Source: Octopus sinensis | Taxonomy: Eukaryota | Assembly: GCF_006345805.1 (NCBI RefSeq) | Contig: NC_043015.1 | Location: 21,018,001 to 21,082,000, forward strand | Direction of reading: 5' to 3' | Length of the DNA: 64,000 nucleotides | Part shown: positions 13,271 through 25,920 of the stretch, piece after piece | How positions within the stretch are numbered: position 1 is the first letter of the stretch | How the letters are laid out: each line of letters opens with the position of its first letter | Position numbers and translations under genes: made by a program | The notes under the pieces: generated by a model | Seen by the model: only the letters and a program-made list of their open reading frames with translations | Told to the model about the DNA's origin: nothing | The model's database searches: none

Positions 13271-14589
13271 GTGAGAAGTTTTAGTAATGACGTTTGAACA
13301 TTATGGGCAAAACCAATGGGAATGAATGAAAACATTTAAATATGTCGTTAAAATAGGATTATATAATGACAGCAGTAGTAGTAGTAGCAGCAGCAGTAGC
13401 AACTGCGATTGTAGTTATTCTAATAGTTATTGTAACCATAAGAGTAGTCTAATAAGCAGCACCTGATGCTATAAAACACTATCACCGCTACCACTACAGC
13501 CATCACCTTTTCTACTATTGTTATTTGTGTCACCTATTCCTACCTGCATTTTTGTATTTTAATTAATTCAGGAAACAACGCATTCTTTACACACACACAC
13601 ACACACACACAATGACAAAAACACACCAACATTCTCACACGAGACTTCAAGATGCTTGTTTAGTCTCGAACTCCCAATCTCCTTCAAGCTAGACTAATAT
13701 CTGAAAAAGAAAGAAAAAAAACAAAACAAGATAAAAAAAAAACATATAAAACGGGATGGTCACAGTTGGAGCGAGTTCGATTATAGTGGCACACATTAAG
13801 GAACGACATGGAAAAGTGAATGCCTTTTTCTTGTTTTGTTTTTGTCCTGTTTCTTTCGATTAGTTGGAAATTGATAAAAATGCATGAAATGGACGAAAAT
13901 ATATTCAAAATAATATTTCCCATTATTCAATCGTTTCGTTCATTCATGGGTCCGCCATATTTCTAAAGAGGATATCTCACTGATATGGTTTACAGAGAGA
14001 AAACAAAATAGAGAGAGAAGAAAAAAAAGCTCTATCTCATTTGTGCGATGGTGTTGCTGTTGAAATATCAACCCAATCACAATGGAAGCATTCGTCTAAC
14101 TGGGTTCACTTCATTTCACCCTAACTGAATTTATTCTTTTTAATGGATTTCCAATGACATTATCATGATTGGAGATGCTGGTTTTTCATTATCAACACGA
14201 AATTCCAAAGCATGATTAAACATTTTAAAAAGTGTTTACATGTATCGGACTACAATAAAACACGAAAGTATTAAAGAATAAAGGCATTAACGAACGGATG
14301 TTTATAAATAATTAAAGTCTGACAGAAGCGAAATATTCAATAGCAAATAAGGACAAAAAGAAAATTGTCACATTTTTACATGTTGATTCTAAAAGTCTGT
14401 AGGTTTTAGACCAAACATCTCAGAATAACCAGCAGCAGCGGCAACAGCACTGCTGGTTACAAAAAATTCAGATAGAAGAAATTAGAAAACGCAGTTGTGA
14501 TTAATCTCTGGTTAATTCTATGGAGTACGCCCGTAATCGAAAGCTTTCAGGCAGTAACTATTCTGCAGTATTATTGGCAAGTGCCGACC

Positions 14590-14860
14590 AATGACTTATG
14601 AGTGATTCAGACGGAAAGTGTGCGGAAGCTCGTCTCGTGCGTGTATATATCGCTTTGAGTCACCTCTCACTATTTGACAACCGGTTTTGCTTTGTATATG
14701 TTCCTGTAAGTTAGCTTTTCGAGAAAAATATCGAGAGAATAAGTATCGGACTTCAAGTAAAAGAAAAAAAAGGGTAACTACCAGGTTCGATTTGTTCAAC
14801 TAAAACCCTTCAAAGTGGTCTCCCCCTCCTGGCCGCCGTCCAGTGACTGAAACAAGTGAA
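14590..14860 (+). mobile_element. Degenerate SINE, family A (3' body and tail)
   Basis: GACGGAAA...GAAGCTCGTC, then the tail motif TTCAAAG...GGCCGCCGTCCAGTGACTGAAACAAG. Confidence 0.55.
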
Positions 14861-14956
14861 AGATGTGCAATCATTCACTGCAGTAATTTGAGAAGATATT
14901 AAAACTTATGCAGTGAGTTCTAAAATGATTTAGTGTAACAACTTATGATTTACAAA

Positions 14957-15017
<61 letters not shown>

Positions 15018-16669
15018 CTGTAAATTTAGCCTACATGGAAAACTAACAGAAGGTTGCAACAAAGGAGGGATTAGCTTGGCTAATCATATCAAACAGTTGC
15101 TGATTTGGAGAGACGATGAAACGATTTGGTAGAGGAGAATATTTACTCATATTCTATATTTGCCTAATGTACTATCTCTTTATCAATATCTCACAGACTT
15201 CTATCATAGTTTGCATATATTTCTTGTTATAACTACACCAGTGCTGCATTTGAAGAATATCATAATCGGCTAGAAGATAATGGGCATTATTTCATTGATA
15301 TGAGCGTATTATCACACAAATATTCTACACTTCCACACATACGTTTGCCGACATAGAGAAAACATCAGAGTATATCGAATTGTCAACAATTCGAAAATTA
15401 AAAAAGTATTCCATAACGCAATAATATAACATATGATAGAGCAATTTAATTAAGTAAGTATATCTAGTTTTTCACTAAATCAGTTTTGTGATTAATGAAA
15501 TTAATTCATTCGTATGTTCTATGGTATAATTTTTCACCAACATATAATATTCGAATCTACATCACCTTGTGATTTATTCTGCATATTGATTATTGTGTAA
15601 CACAGTTTGACTAAGATGGGTGGAGATGGAGATAGAGAGAGAAAAAGAATAAAACAATGAGATGGAATAAAACTGAGAGACAGAAAGATAAATAGCAAGA
15701 GGCTGTGATTTAAATGCAGGAGTTGATAAGACCTAAAAAAGGTCTGCATTATGATCCATCGATTGTTCGAATTACGCGTCTTCTCTCGTCAGACTATATC
15801 AATAATTAATTATATGTTGGTATCTAATTTTGCAATTTGGTCTTGAAAAGTGTTAATTAATGAATTCCATAAAGTTTTACTAGTACAACTTTAAAATAAT
15901 TATAAATATTTATATAGGAAATAATTGTATATAAATATTTCCTATTACTCTGAAGCTGATAGTATACCAAGTTCGAAATGTAATACTTCCGATGTAAAAG
16001 TCACACGTTGTTGTAAGTAGTTTTAACTCTAAAATTAGTTCAGAAGAAGATGGTGATGATGATGAAAAAATGCTTTGTATAATATATAGTTTGTTTTTAC
16101 TTTCTTTTGTGTAAAACAGATTTGATTGCGTGTGCAGTAGCAGACAAACAAACGTCCATATCATGGCACTCTGCCATTGAAATCAGTGGCAGGAAAAGTG
16201 CTATTAACTCGAAAGTGAAAGTCGTAAGTCTGCAGGAACGACTAGGCAAACACACAGAGGTTTTCCAGAACATTTTTGCTAATTTTCTTGCAGTTTCCCA
16301 TATACCCAAGCAGATTACTATTAAACATCATCTCGGTATCAATCAGAAAGATTTCGGATTGACAAAATCTTTGAAGTACAGTCAAGTACCAGAATAACGG
16401 AATCTGGTGGTCTTGAGAGTATACAGCCAAAAGTCGAGAACAAAGTTGCATTCCATATTAATCTTTAATTCTATAAAGCTGTACCTAGCCAGAGCTTAAC
16501 AAGGCCTTACGTAGGAACCAAAGTAGGTTCAAGAGAAAGGGAAGAATGATTGAACGGCCGGGAGAGTTATTGAAATGTTAGGGGCAAAAAGCCCCAGTCT
16601 TATTATCTGAACAATTCATTTAAATAAAAAAAAAAAGGTGGGGCTGTCAGTGTCGAAAATGTTGGGAAA

Positions 16670-16790
16670 AAATTATCTCTTATAAAATTATGTACCGAGA
16701 GTGAATATATCCAAAATCGTTATATTTTTATTTACCCAAGACTAGATCAGGTTTCGTTGTTAAACATGACTCATAATCAAAACGACTGCA
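16670..16790 (-). repeat. Dispersed repeat family F, copy 1
   Basis: Reverse complement GAGTCATGTTTAACAACGAAACC...GATTTTGGATATATTCA...TTTTCCCAACATT matches 25813-25920. Confidence 0.6.
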
Positions 16791-17014
16791 AGCAAGACTA
16801 CTTAGAAGCGGGGGAAAAAATCACTAATTTTGATATATACATATGAAGATATGTTGTATACATATTTTATGATTCTAAATTATATTAATAATGCGATGCT
16901 CCGGCATCGATCTCTCTCATGTTGTGCATATAAATATTTAATGAAGAATATTTTTTTTATTTAAAAATATGCTATATATATATATATATATATATATACA
17001 TACATATACACATA

Positions 17015-17223
17015 CAGGGTTTATAGTAGGTTTATAGTTATTCAACTATCTCTTTCGTATTCATATATTAAGAGTTTAGATCTTAATTATGAAAAAAATG
17101 TGAAACCATTATTCTATCTTAAGTTAGTTAATTGTAAGATAGAAATTTAAATGTATTAAAATGTTTTAAAAGAAATTTAAAGTACCTACGTGATAACTGT
17201 AAACCTACTATTGGGCCACCCTG
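17015..17223. mobile_element. Tc1/mariner-type MITE
   Basis: TA|CAGGGT...ATAGTAGGTTTATAGTTAT on the left and ATAACTGTAAACCTACTATTGGGCCACCCTG|TA on the right; TA TSD. Confidence 0.8.
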
Positions 17224-17950
17224 TATGTGAGAAAGAACCCGTACAGCTCTAATCGCATCTAAGCTGAAGTATAGCTTGAACTCAACATTATATGATTATT
17301 AAATCAGGATTATACATATTTCTGGGATTTTAGTCATACATTAATTTCTTAATTTCTATTTAAAATTGGTAACTGAGTGGGTGTGCTTCTGCCTGAAAAC
17401 TATATGTGCGTGCGTGTGTATGTGACTCACTAAGTCATCCCAAAATACGCTCGCACCAACTTATGCCTCTATAGAACTCACAAAAAAAACCAACCCCAAA
17501 ACTTAACATCACACAGATAAACATCTTTCTAACATCTTGTACTGGATGGACAGTTAATTTCAAGTTCGATAAATCCCTTGGTTACCATAGTGTAACTGGA
17601 GGCAGTAAAGTTTGGGAACTTCTGATCCTATACGAACATGTATTCTAGTAATTATTCTTTTATCTTGTTCACGTCATTGGACTGCGGACATGCTGGGACA
17701 TCACCTTGAAGTGTTTAGTCAATCAAATTGCATCATAATCCCTAAAGCCTGGCAATTAATATTTCGGTCCGAACCATTTACATAAATAAACCAACAGCAG
17801 TTGTTAAGCAGGTGGGAGACAAAAACAAAGATACATAAGTCGAAGGCATAAGAATTTTATAATCATTTCGAAAGAATTCGTTTTAGAAACACTGGCTCTC
17901 GAAGCACATCTATAAACAATATATATGAGATGTGTTTCGAGAACCAATGT

Positions 17951-17988
<38 letters not shown>

Positions 17989-18004
17989 TTGCATCTACTC
18001 TCGT

Positions 18005-18389
18005 ACACAATCATATGTGGAGTGGGAAAGAATTTAGGCAGTACACTGCAAAGCACGCGGCCTCGGTTTCAGTCTCACTGCGCGGCGGCATACTTCTGTG
18101 TCTTCTAGTGTCGCTCCGGGCCTACCAAATCCACTTGTAAGGCTTTGATCAGCCCGAGGCTATAATAGAAGACACTTGCCCAGGGTGCCACGCAGTTGGA
18201 CTGAACACGGAACCATATGCGCGGGCTTCTTTCAGTTTCCGTCTACCAAATCTACTTACAAGGTTTTGGTAGGCCCGGAGCGACATTAGAAGACACCGAA
18301 GTACGCCGCCGCGCAGTGAGACTGAAACCGAGGCCGCGTGCTTTGCAGTGTACTGCCTAAATTCTTTCCCACCCCACATATGCTTGTGT
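18005..18389. repeat. Inverted repeat of 125-bp SINE-derived arms around a second SINE fragment
   Basis: 18005-18129 is the reverse complement of 18265-18389 with 5 mismatches; the spacer holds minus-strand family-A SINE sequence. Confidence 0.92.
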
Positions 18390-18899
18390 GCGTGTATGGA
18401 TGAAGGATTTTCGTGATCGAATGCATGTTGACATTTGCGTTTCGTTACGCTAAAAAGAAAAATCGAAGTCGTGCTTGAAGAATGCTGCGATGGTGATGTT
18501 TTTCAAGCAAAAATGAAAATGGGAGTAGTGTACATCGATCCCGAGACACGGATATATAAATAGAAATACCAGCAAATAATGCACCCTCACCCTTTTTTAC
18601 GACATGTAAAATCAAATCCGTCACACAGCGTATCGATTGCTCCACACCCTCGAAAGTATCACGTTCTACATGTTATTAGTAATATGATCTCTCCTTCTCT
18701 CTCTTTCTTTCTTTCTTTCTTTCATTCTCTTGTTTTCTACGTTTCTGTGTTTAGCGCAGTCTGTCATGTTGATGTCTCTGCGCATGTAAAACATCACACC
18801 CACAACGCCCTCCAACACCATACCCCCACCCACTTCTGATCCATGCAAATTTTCGCATTAGTCTCGATGTATTTTAAATACCTGCACCGACATAGCTGC

Positions 18900-19060
18900 A
18901 GAGGTAGAAAGTTTGGCTTCTTAACCACGTGATTCCCAGTTCGAATCCATTATGTGGAATAAATTGAGCAAAATATCTTCTGCTATTGTTCCAAGTTGAC
19001 TTATGCTTTGTGATTATAAAAGTTGAGAGGCGGAAACAGTACCGAAGTCTGTTGGATGTT
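18900..19060 (+). mobile_element. Degenerate SINE, family A
   Basis: CTTCTTAACCACGTGATTCCCAGTTCGAATCC head, GAGCAAAATATCTTCTGCTAT core, GGCGGAAAC. Confidence 0.5.
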
Positions 19061-20029
19061 GAGTGTGTGTGTGTGTGTGTGTGTACTCTGGCCGTGACCA
19101 TCGTGTTCAGTTTTTGTTTTGGAGTATTTATTATAATAGAGGTAGGACTTCAAATCCGGCAGTCTGAAGAATTGCCTATTGCCAAGACCCCGGAAACAGC
19201 TGGAATTTATCATCTTACTGTACAGCCTTACCATCTCATTGTAGATACACGGGTGCGTGAGTATATGCAAGAGCAAAATTTGAAACTCAGAATACAAATA
19301 ATCTTCTCAAAACCATAGTGTATCGATATATGTTACTAGTTGAAATATGCCTGAGAGATTCGAACTTTTAAGAAAGCCAATCACTGCATCTTGCCATGAC
19401 GAAAACTTCTCATTGATCATTTAAAAAGGTGTAAAGACACCAAATCAGTCCGGTGCACTCTCTACCCAGATCGATTAGCCCTCCACTCAGATTGATTAGC
19501 GCTTCTAATCCGTGTTGTATTGATGACGATAGATTCAAATACCCGGGGATACAAATCGAATTTTTAAAATCAAAATATGCATTAAAAAAAGAAAAAAAGG
19601 AATGATCGATTTTGGAGGAACAAAAATTCCGTGGGAAATGAAAAATTTGGAAAGATTATGACGATGTTTGAATGTTTACACTAAATACTACCCCGACCTT
19701 TATACCCGAAAATACAATAATAGCCAAAGGATTCATTCCTTGCGTAAAAACACTAGAGAGACTTTTGAAAGCAATTTTCTTGTTATATTTTTTTCCTTCT
19801 GTAACTCGTTCATTGTTCACATAAAAGCTCTGCGTATTATTTAAGTAGGAATAATATTTTGTGTAGCGTAAATAGATAAATAAAAATTAACAAAAGCAGG
19901 AAAGTACAATTTCGAAAAACCTGTCCTACCAGCTGTGAATAACTGTCAAAACATATGACTAAATATATAAAACTGTGATTCTAAAGTTACTCAGCAGGAA
20001 CGCAAATATTTTCGGCGTTTGATTGGTTG

Positions 20030-20465
20030 GTGATTTTTCTTTTTTGTATTGGCTGGGGGAAGGTGGGAATTGAGGTGCGGAAGGCAGCTCTGTTGATTAT
20101 GGTGGTGGAGGAAGTGGTCTTGCGGCTGCTGGTGGTGGTAATGATAGTAGCGGTCGTGATTTTAGTTGAATTTCGTTGGCGATGGTGACATAAACTGTTG
20201 ATATTTGTGGTGGTGATGGTGGCGGATGGTAGCAGTGGTTATGAATATATTGTTTGTGATGTTAGTAGTGCTGGTGGTGGTTGAGGGGGTACAGTTGGTG
20301 GGGATAGTGGAGTTGATGGCGATGACAGAGTCAGTGACAATAGCGGTGGTTTTGAGAATGTTGCGGTTGTCAGTGATGATGATGGTGGGGATGGTGAAAA
20401 CGGTGGTTTAATGTGTTGGTGGCGGTAGTGGGTGAGGAAGCAGTAGTAGTGGTAGTGGTAGATGT
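20030..20465. repeat. GGT/GAT-rich low-complexity trinucleotide mosaic
   Basis: Directly visible; explains the V/M-rich ORF at 20226. Confidence 0.85.
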
Positions 20466-21039
20466 GAACTGATCCCGTTGTGGTGATGCTCGAAGAAATA
20501 CCACACCCGACATTGTTCTTTAACTTGTTTAAACCCCCGAGTTCAAGGCCATGTTAGATGTACCTTTCAAAAAGTAAAATGTCGATGCCCTTGTCCAAGT
20601 TATTTTGATCGTGAGAAAGAAAATCGTGCGGTAGTTGTTGCAGAATTTCCTGTTCTGATTTCAAATCCCGACAAGATCAGCTTTTCTGGCAACGTTGTAG
20701 GAAGGTCAATAAATTAAGTAGATATTATAATATCAAGTGAGCTACCTCTTTGAAGTTAAATCTTTCACCTTTCTCTGTTGTGAAAACAAATGCCGATTCC
20801 TATCACTGGTGTCCTCGTAGTGGCATTTGGATTCTTCACAACCTGGTTAGCAATGATAGATAGGCGCCAATGTCAAGTGAAGCGAGGCAGTGATTGTTGG
20901 ATCCGTCCAGTTGCATCGATATACTTGAACGTGAAAGTGGTTCAGAGCAAACACCAAAAGCAACTTGAGAAACCCGGCTCAACCAGACACAGTAACTCCA
21001 TCACATAGTTAAGATACCGCAATGGTTACCAATCTTTTC

Positions 21040-21380
21040 ATTATCAAGCACACAATGAATTATCCCCGCGCAGTCCAGGCTTCTGAAGGGCCTGTCTTGT
21101 TTTTATGTTTTAATGAAGAGTGAAAAAGAAAAGGCGCTACCCGTGACACTTAACATGACCTTCACGACTGGTGGGTAGGAGCGAGAAATAGTATCCTCGA
21201 CCGCAGACTTGTCCAGAAGGCTTGCAACAGAGTGGACTTTGTTAAAAAGCCCCAAGGTATCAGAATGGTGGACTTAAACAAGGTAAACGGTTATGTCTGC
21301 AACAAATTTAGCACTCAGACCACGAACCCCAAGGTGGAAACTTGGCACATGCGCTTATTGAATGTCAAGTACTCACTGAT
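21040..21380 (+). mobile_element. Possible 5' end of an RTE-type LINE (UTR plus endonuclease start)
   Basis: ATG at ~21292 reads MSATNLALRPRTPRWKLGT; removing an 8-nt insertion (CGCTTATT) restores W-N-V-K, similar to the APE N-terminal motif GTWNVRTL. Confidence 0.3.
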
Positions 21381-21509
21381 AACATCTAGTTGGTTGATAT
21401 GAGTTCAATTCCTATGTTAGTGAATCTACACATATTCAGTTTTAACAGGAACGAGCAAGCGGCCCTACATGTACAACAATAACAAATGCGACAATTTATA
21501 GGGTATGAA

Positions 21510-21727
21510 GGCGGCGAGCTGGCAGAAACGTTAGCACACCGGGCGAAATGCTTAGAGGTACTTCGTCTGCCGTTACGTTCTGAGTTCAAATTCCGCCGAG
21601 GTCGACTTTGCCTTTCATCCTTTCGGGATCGATAAATTAAGTACCAGTTGCGTACTGGGGTCGATCAAATCGACTGACACCCTCCCCCAAAATTTCGGGC
21701 TTTGTGCCTAGAGTAGAAAAAATATCA
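21510..21727 (+). mobile_element. Full-length SINE, family B, with 8-bp TSD
   Basis: GGCGGCGAGCTGGCAGAAACGTTAGCAC...GAGTTCAAATTCCGCCGAGGTCGACTTTGCC...; TSD GGTATGAA at 21502-21509 and 21728-21735. Confidence 0.9.
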
Positions 21728-21824
21728 GGTATGAATAACAGAATGAAATCAATCTAATAATAGGGATTAGATCCGGGTACTTTTCTGTCATCGGCAGCTA
21801 AATATTTTTATTTACTAAAAGGCG

Positions 21825-21986
21825 AGGCTGTGTCGAAAAAATGCTTGTTTTTCAACCATATAGTTCCAAGTTCAGCATAATGGGTCGGTTTTTTTTGCGT
21901 GAAACATTGCGCTAGTGGCTATATGGCATCGGGCCGACCAAAGCTTTGCGAGAGAATTTGGCAGACGGAAACTGAAAGAAGTTAGT

Positions 21987-22035
<49 letters not shown>

Positions 22036-22190
22036 CGTGACAGGTGTTGTAGTGTTTACGTCTCCAAAACTTTTACGGTTCGGCAAAACTAACTAAAGAA
22101 TTAAAAAATAAATAAATAATGGCTCGATTCATTCGACTAAAAATTCTTCAAGGCGGTGCCCCAGTGTGGCCGCAGTAAATGACAAACAAA
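21825..22190 (+). mobile_element. SINE, family A, with internal (TG)n
   Basis: GGGCCGACCAAAGC...TTTGGCAGACGGAAACTGAAAGAAG, then (TG)n, then the tail TTCAAGGCGGTGCCCCAGTGTGGCCGCAG. Confidence 0.75.
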
Positions 22191-22379
22191 TAACAGATAA
22201 AATGATTATTACATTCGTGAGACTGTTGGGGGGTGGGGGGTGGCGGGGAGCTTTCGGAAAAGCTATCGCTACTTTTTGGAGAGGACAAAGAGCAAGGAAC
22301 TGGGTGATCATTTAATGATATATTTAGCAATTACATGAAAAGAAATTGGCTGTCGATAACTGGTATCAGATAAAGGATC

Positions 22380-22520
22380 CGGGATTGGAAATCTGAGGAT
22401 ATTATCGATTACGAGAAGTACCTGAACAAGGCCAGAGGTTATAACGGCCGAAAAGTTTGGGTTACAACAAGTAAGATGAGGACACTCGTCCGAATAAATC
22501 AGTGAATAACAACACGAATT
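22380..22520 (+). repeat. Probable Penelope-like-element-derived repeat with a hammerhead-like relic
   Basis: Contains GATGA-GGAC-actc-GTCC-GAAT (22475-22495); family assignment is an inference. Confidence 0.35.
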
Positions 22521-22989
22521 GGTCATCTCAGAAATTCAGACTAAATATATTGAATGAATCTATGATAATATTTGACCAAACATATTTGTCTTTATTTTTA
22601 TTTGTTTTTGTTTTTCAATAAAATATCCTCATCTCCATCCTCTTTCATTACTTCTCTCCATTTTCTCCCCCCTTCTTCTAGTTATTGACTTTCTTTTGTT
22701 TTTCTTTTATATCTCTTTTGTTTGTCATTCTGTAAAGTTCTTTCTTTCACTTTTATTTTTTCTATCCATTTTCCCCCGTCAATCCTTTCTTTCCATCTGT
22801 CTGTCATTTAGCCGTTATGTCTCCCTTCTTTCTTTCTTTCAGATTTGTTATCTTTGCCTCTCTATCTGCACCAATCAGACTTTATCGAAACACAGAAACA
22901 CCACATCGATCTCTATCTGGCGTTCTATCTAAATCAAATTATCGATACACCACATTCTCACACAGATATCAAAAACAAAACGAAAAATT

Positions 22990-23560
22990 ATATGAAATAA
23001 AAAAAAAGAACATCACCACCACTTCCATCAACACCACTGCCACCATCAACCGGCAGGTGCAATAACAGAAAGAACACAAGAACCGTCACTATACACCACC
23101 TCCACCACCAGACAGCCACAGCACCACTCCACCGATAGCATCCGTTACCGACAAGATCTCTAATATGAGATCCCCAGTCACTAGCGACCCCAGCGCCAAC
23201 AACAGCCCGAGCACTGCTCTTCCCATCCACCGTCATGAACAACGCCACGGAAAAGAACAACATCGCCGCTGTCGCTGCCACCGCTACCGTACTCATCGAC
23301 ACCACACCATCGTCGCCATCACTGACAACACCAGCGACGGCACTAGTATCCCCATTAATCAACAACCCCCACAATAAACCCCCAATATAGACAGTCCCCA
23401 CCACAAAAACCAACACCAACGCCACCATCAATAACAACACCAGAAGTGACGGTACCATCGTCGTCATCACTATCACTGACACTCCAACGAAAAATCCTCA
23501 CCACCGCTAACGACATCAGCACCATCTCCACCGCCAACTCCAAACAACTCCCTCAACGGC
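22990..23560. repeat. ACC/AAC/ATC low-complexity mosaic
   Basis: Directly visible; explains ORFs at 22988, 23165 and 23355. Confidence 0.85.
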
Positions 23561-24614
23561 TAACAACATTAGAAAATAAATTACCTCCAACGAATACAGT
23601 ATTTATTTTACTTCATCAAATAAGCGACGCGATTCGTTATATTACTTAGTTATTTATTTTATTCAAAGGATAATATATTCACAGCCAAATCTGTTCGCTA
23701 AAAATTGGGTATAAATTCTATTTGAACTTTTGATTAGATTCTGAAATGTGTGAAACCAGGAATCCTACGTGATCGATTTTTTTCCTTCCTCTCCTTGACA
23801 GAAGTGCGAACGCAACTTCATTTCGTCTTCCACAAACATAGCAAAAAAAAAAAAAGCCAACAACTACAGAAAACAAAAAATCGTACTCAAATACAAGAAC
23901 AGCGAAAAAAACAAAAAAGATAATAAAAGTAAAAGAAGAACAAAAATTAGTTCATCTTTAAAAATGGCGAAATATGGCGTTGTATTGTATCATTGGTTAG
24001 AAAAACAAAATGAAGGTTTTTTTGCCAATGTTGCTGTCATGGCGAGCTCAAGGCAATCGTATCGTCTGCTTTTGTTTGCTCTTTTTCATCTGGATTTTAA
24101 GTTTAGATATTTTTTGTATCTTCTTGGTTTTTTTAATTTTATTTCCAGTATTGGACTTAAGCTGGCTGGTTATTTGTTGAACTGACAGTAGATCGTTCGA
24201 TTCGGAGCGTGGCGGTGTGGGGAATAAATTCATCTGCTTGAAGGAGATTTTCTATATAGAATTAGGCCTCTATTATCTACTAATACAGTGATTATTCGAT
24301 CAACATTGATCCGTTAAGTAATTTGTTTACATTACTATATTCTTCAGAATATATACCCTACGTATATCTACACACACACACACACAAGCACACATACACG
24401 TTTCGTTAAAATCTCATAGAATCCGATGGAAATAACAACATCCCTCCCAATTGATTGTTTAAGGAATTCTTTGCGATTTGGCGTATTTACAATGTTAAGT
24501 TGAAAGCTAATTACATTATACACACACACACACACATTATATGTAGACATGTAGATACATACATAGACATCTAGAAATATGAATGTGCGTGTAAGTATAT
24601 ACACGCACATATAA

Positions 24615-24646
<32 letters not shown>

Positions 24647-24658
24647 GTATGCATATAT

Positions 24659-24724
<66 letters not shown>

Positions 24725-25502
24725 TGTATACATATAGGTATACACGCATAGATAATATACACAGGTACATATAGATATACATACATACAAATATACATAC
24801 ATACATACATACAAATATACATACATACAACACATTCATACAGCTATGCACACGCACATAAATGTACACACGCACACACACACAAATATACACACGCTCA
24901 CACGTCTACAGTACAGCAGTGATAAAAGAGGATTTCTATTTTTTATTCCGCCAGCCAATACACAATAATGATTATTATGGTTTTTGTTGTTGTTGTCTTT
25001 ATAAAATCGTGACATAGGTGAGACGAAAATGAGGAAAATACAAGAGATAATATCTGACATAAATAGGACAACGAACAACAACAACAGCAAGCATCACCAC
25101 ATCAACAAGTATCTCTCTGAAAAGTCAAGAGTCCACAAAATATTCTGTTAGTTCCCACCTCGCTGTTACCCACCATCCCCAAGACAGCCACAAGAATATA
25201 AAGACACAATGGAAGTAACATTAATGTTCCACTAATTTCTCTCGTCTCCTCATGATGATGGGTGTTACCAGAACATCTTAATAAAAGAAGAACACTATTA
25301 GAAGCTTGCCTATTCTATCTATATCTTCTGTCGGTGTTGAAATTATGCTGAGGGAGATGGATAGGGTGGCGGCGGTTTAGACGGGAGGGAGGAGATGGCG
25401 AGACGGGGCGGGGAGGGGTAGAGAGCGAAAGTGATGGAAAAACAAGCGTATTTTATACAGTAAAAGCATTCAGGCTCTAGCCCCCCTTACACAATACGCG
25501 TG

Positions 25503-25604
<102 letters not shown>

Positions 25605-25809
25605 TGTATCTATCCGTTTCTCTCTCTTTTTCACACGCAAAATATCGTATTCAAAATATATATTCCATATATACTTCCATGCAATAGCATCGCATAATTA
25701 TTGTAATCTAGCGATAAATAAAGAAAAAGAAAGACAGAAAGGAAGAAAGAGAACCATCTAGACCTGCATGTATCTAAATTACAGAGTTTCGACTTCTGAC
25801 TTCCTTGAT

Positions 25810-25920
25810 ATTGAGTCATGTTTAATGACGAAACCAGAATTGGTGTTGAGAGTATAAAATATCCCTATTGATTTCGGATATATTCATCTCTAGATATATA
25901 TTTTTCCGACATTATTTTCT
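25810..25920 (+). repeat. Dispersed repeat family F, copy 2
   Basis: Matches the reverse complement of 16670-16790. Confidence 0.6.

Noticed and set aside
14426-14459. 10-bp stem hairpin TAACCAGCAG/CTGCTGGTTA
   Set aside because: Short, partly CAG-repeat driven and isolated.
14626-14637. GAAGCTCGTCTC matches the 5' end of miR-993 as I recall it
   Set aside because: It lies in the SINE motif GAAGC(T/C)CGTC, with no precursor hairpin and no further match.
15240-15360. AAFEEYHNRLEDNGHYF resembles a mariner-like transposase C-terminus
   Set aside because: Too short, with no TIR or upstream motifs to support it.
16107-16397. 96-aa non-repetitive ORF with SLQERLGKHTEVFQ, faintly like a Gypsy pol linker
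   Set aside because: A few ORFs of this length are expected by chance; no protease or RT motifs nearby.
19140-19256. Candidate exon VGLQIRQSEELPIAKTPETAGIYHLTVQPYHLIVDTR with a GTGAGT donor
   Set aside because: Weak acceptor, no recognisable protein, and it overlaps a hammerhead-like repeat motif.
22375-22470. Candidate exon IRDWKSEDIIDYEKYLNKARGYNGRKVWVTT with a GTAAGA donor
   Set aside because: No pyrimidine tract, and the segment appears to belong to an interspersed repeat.
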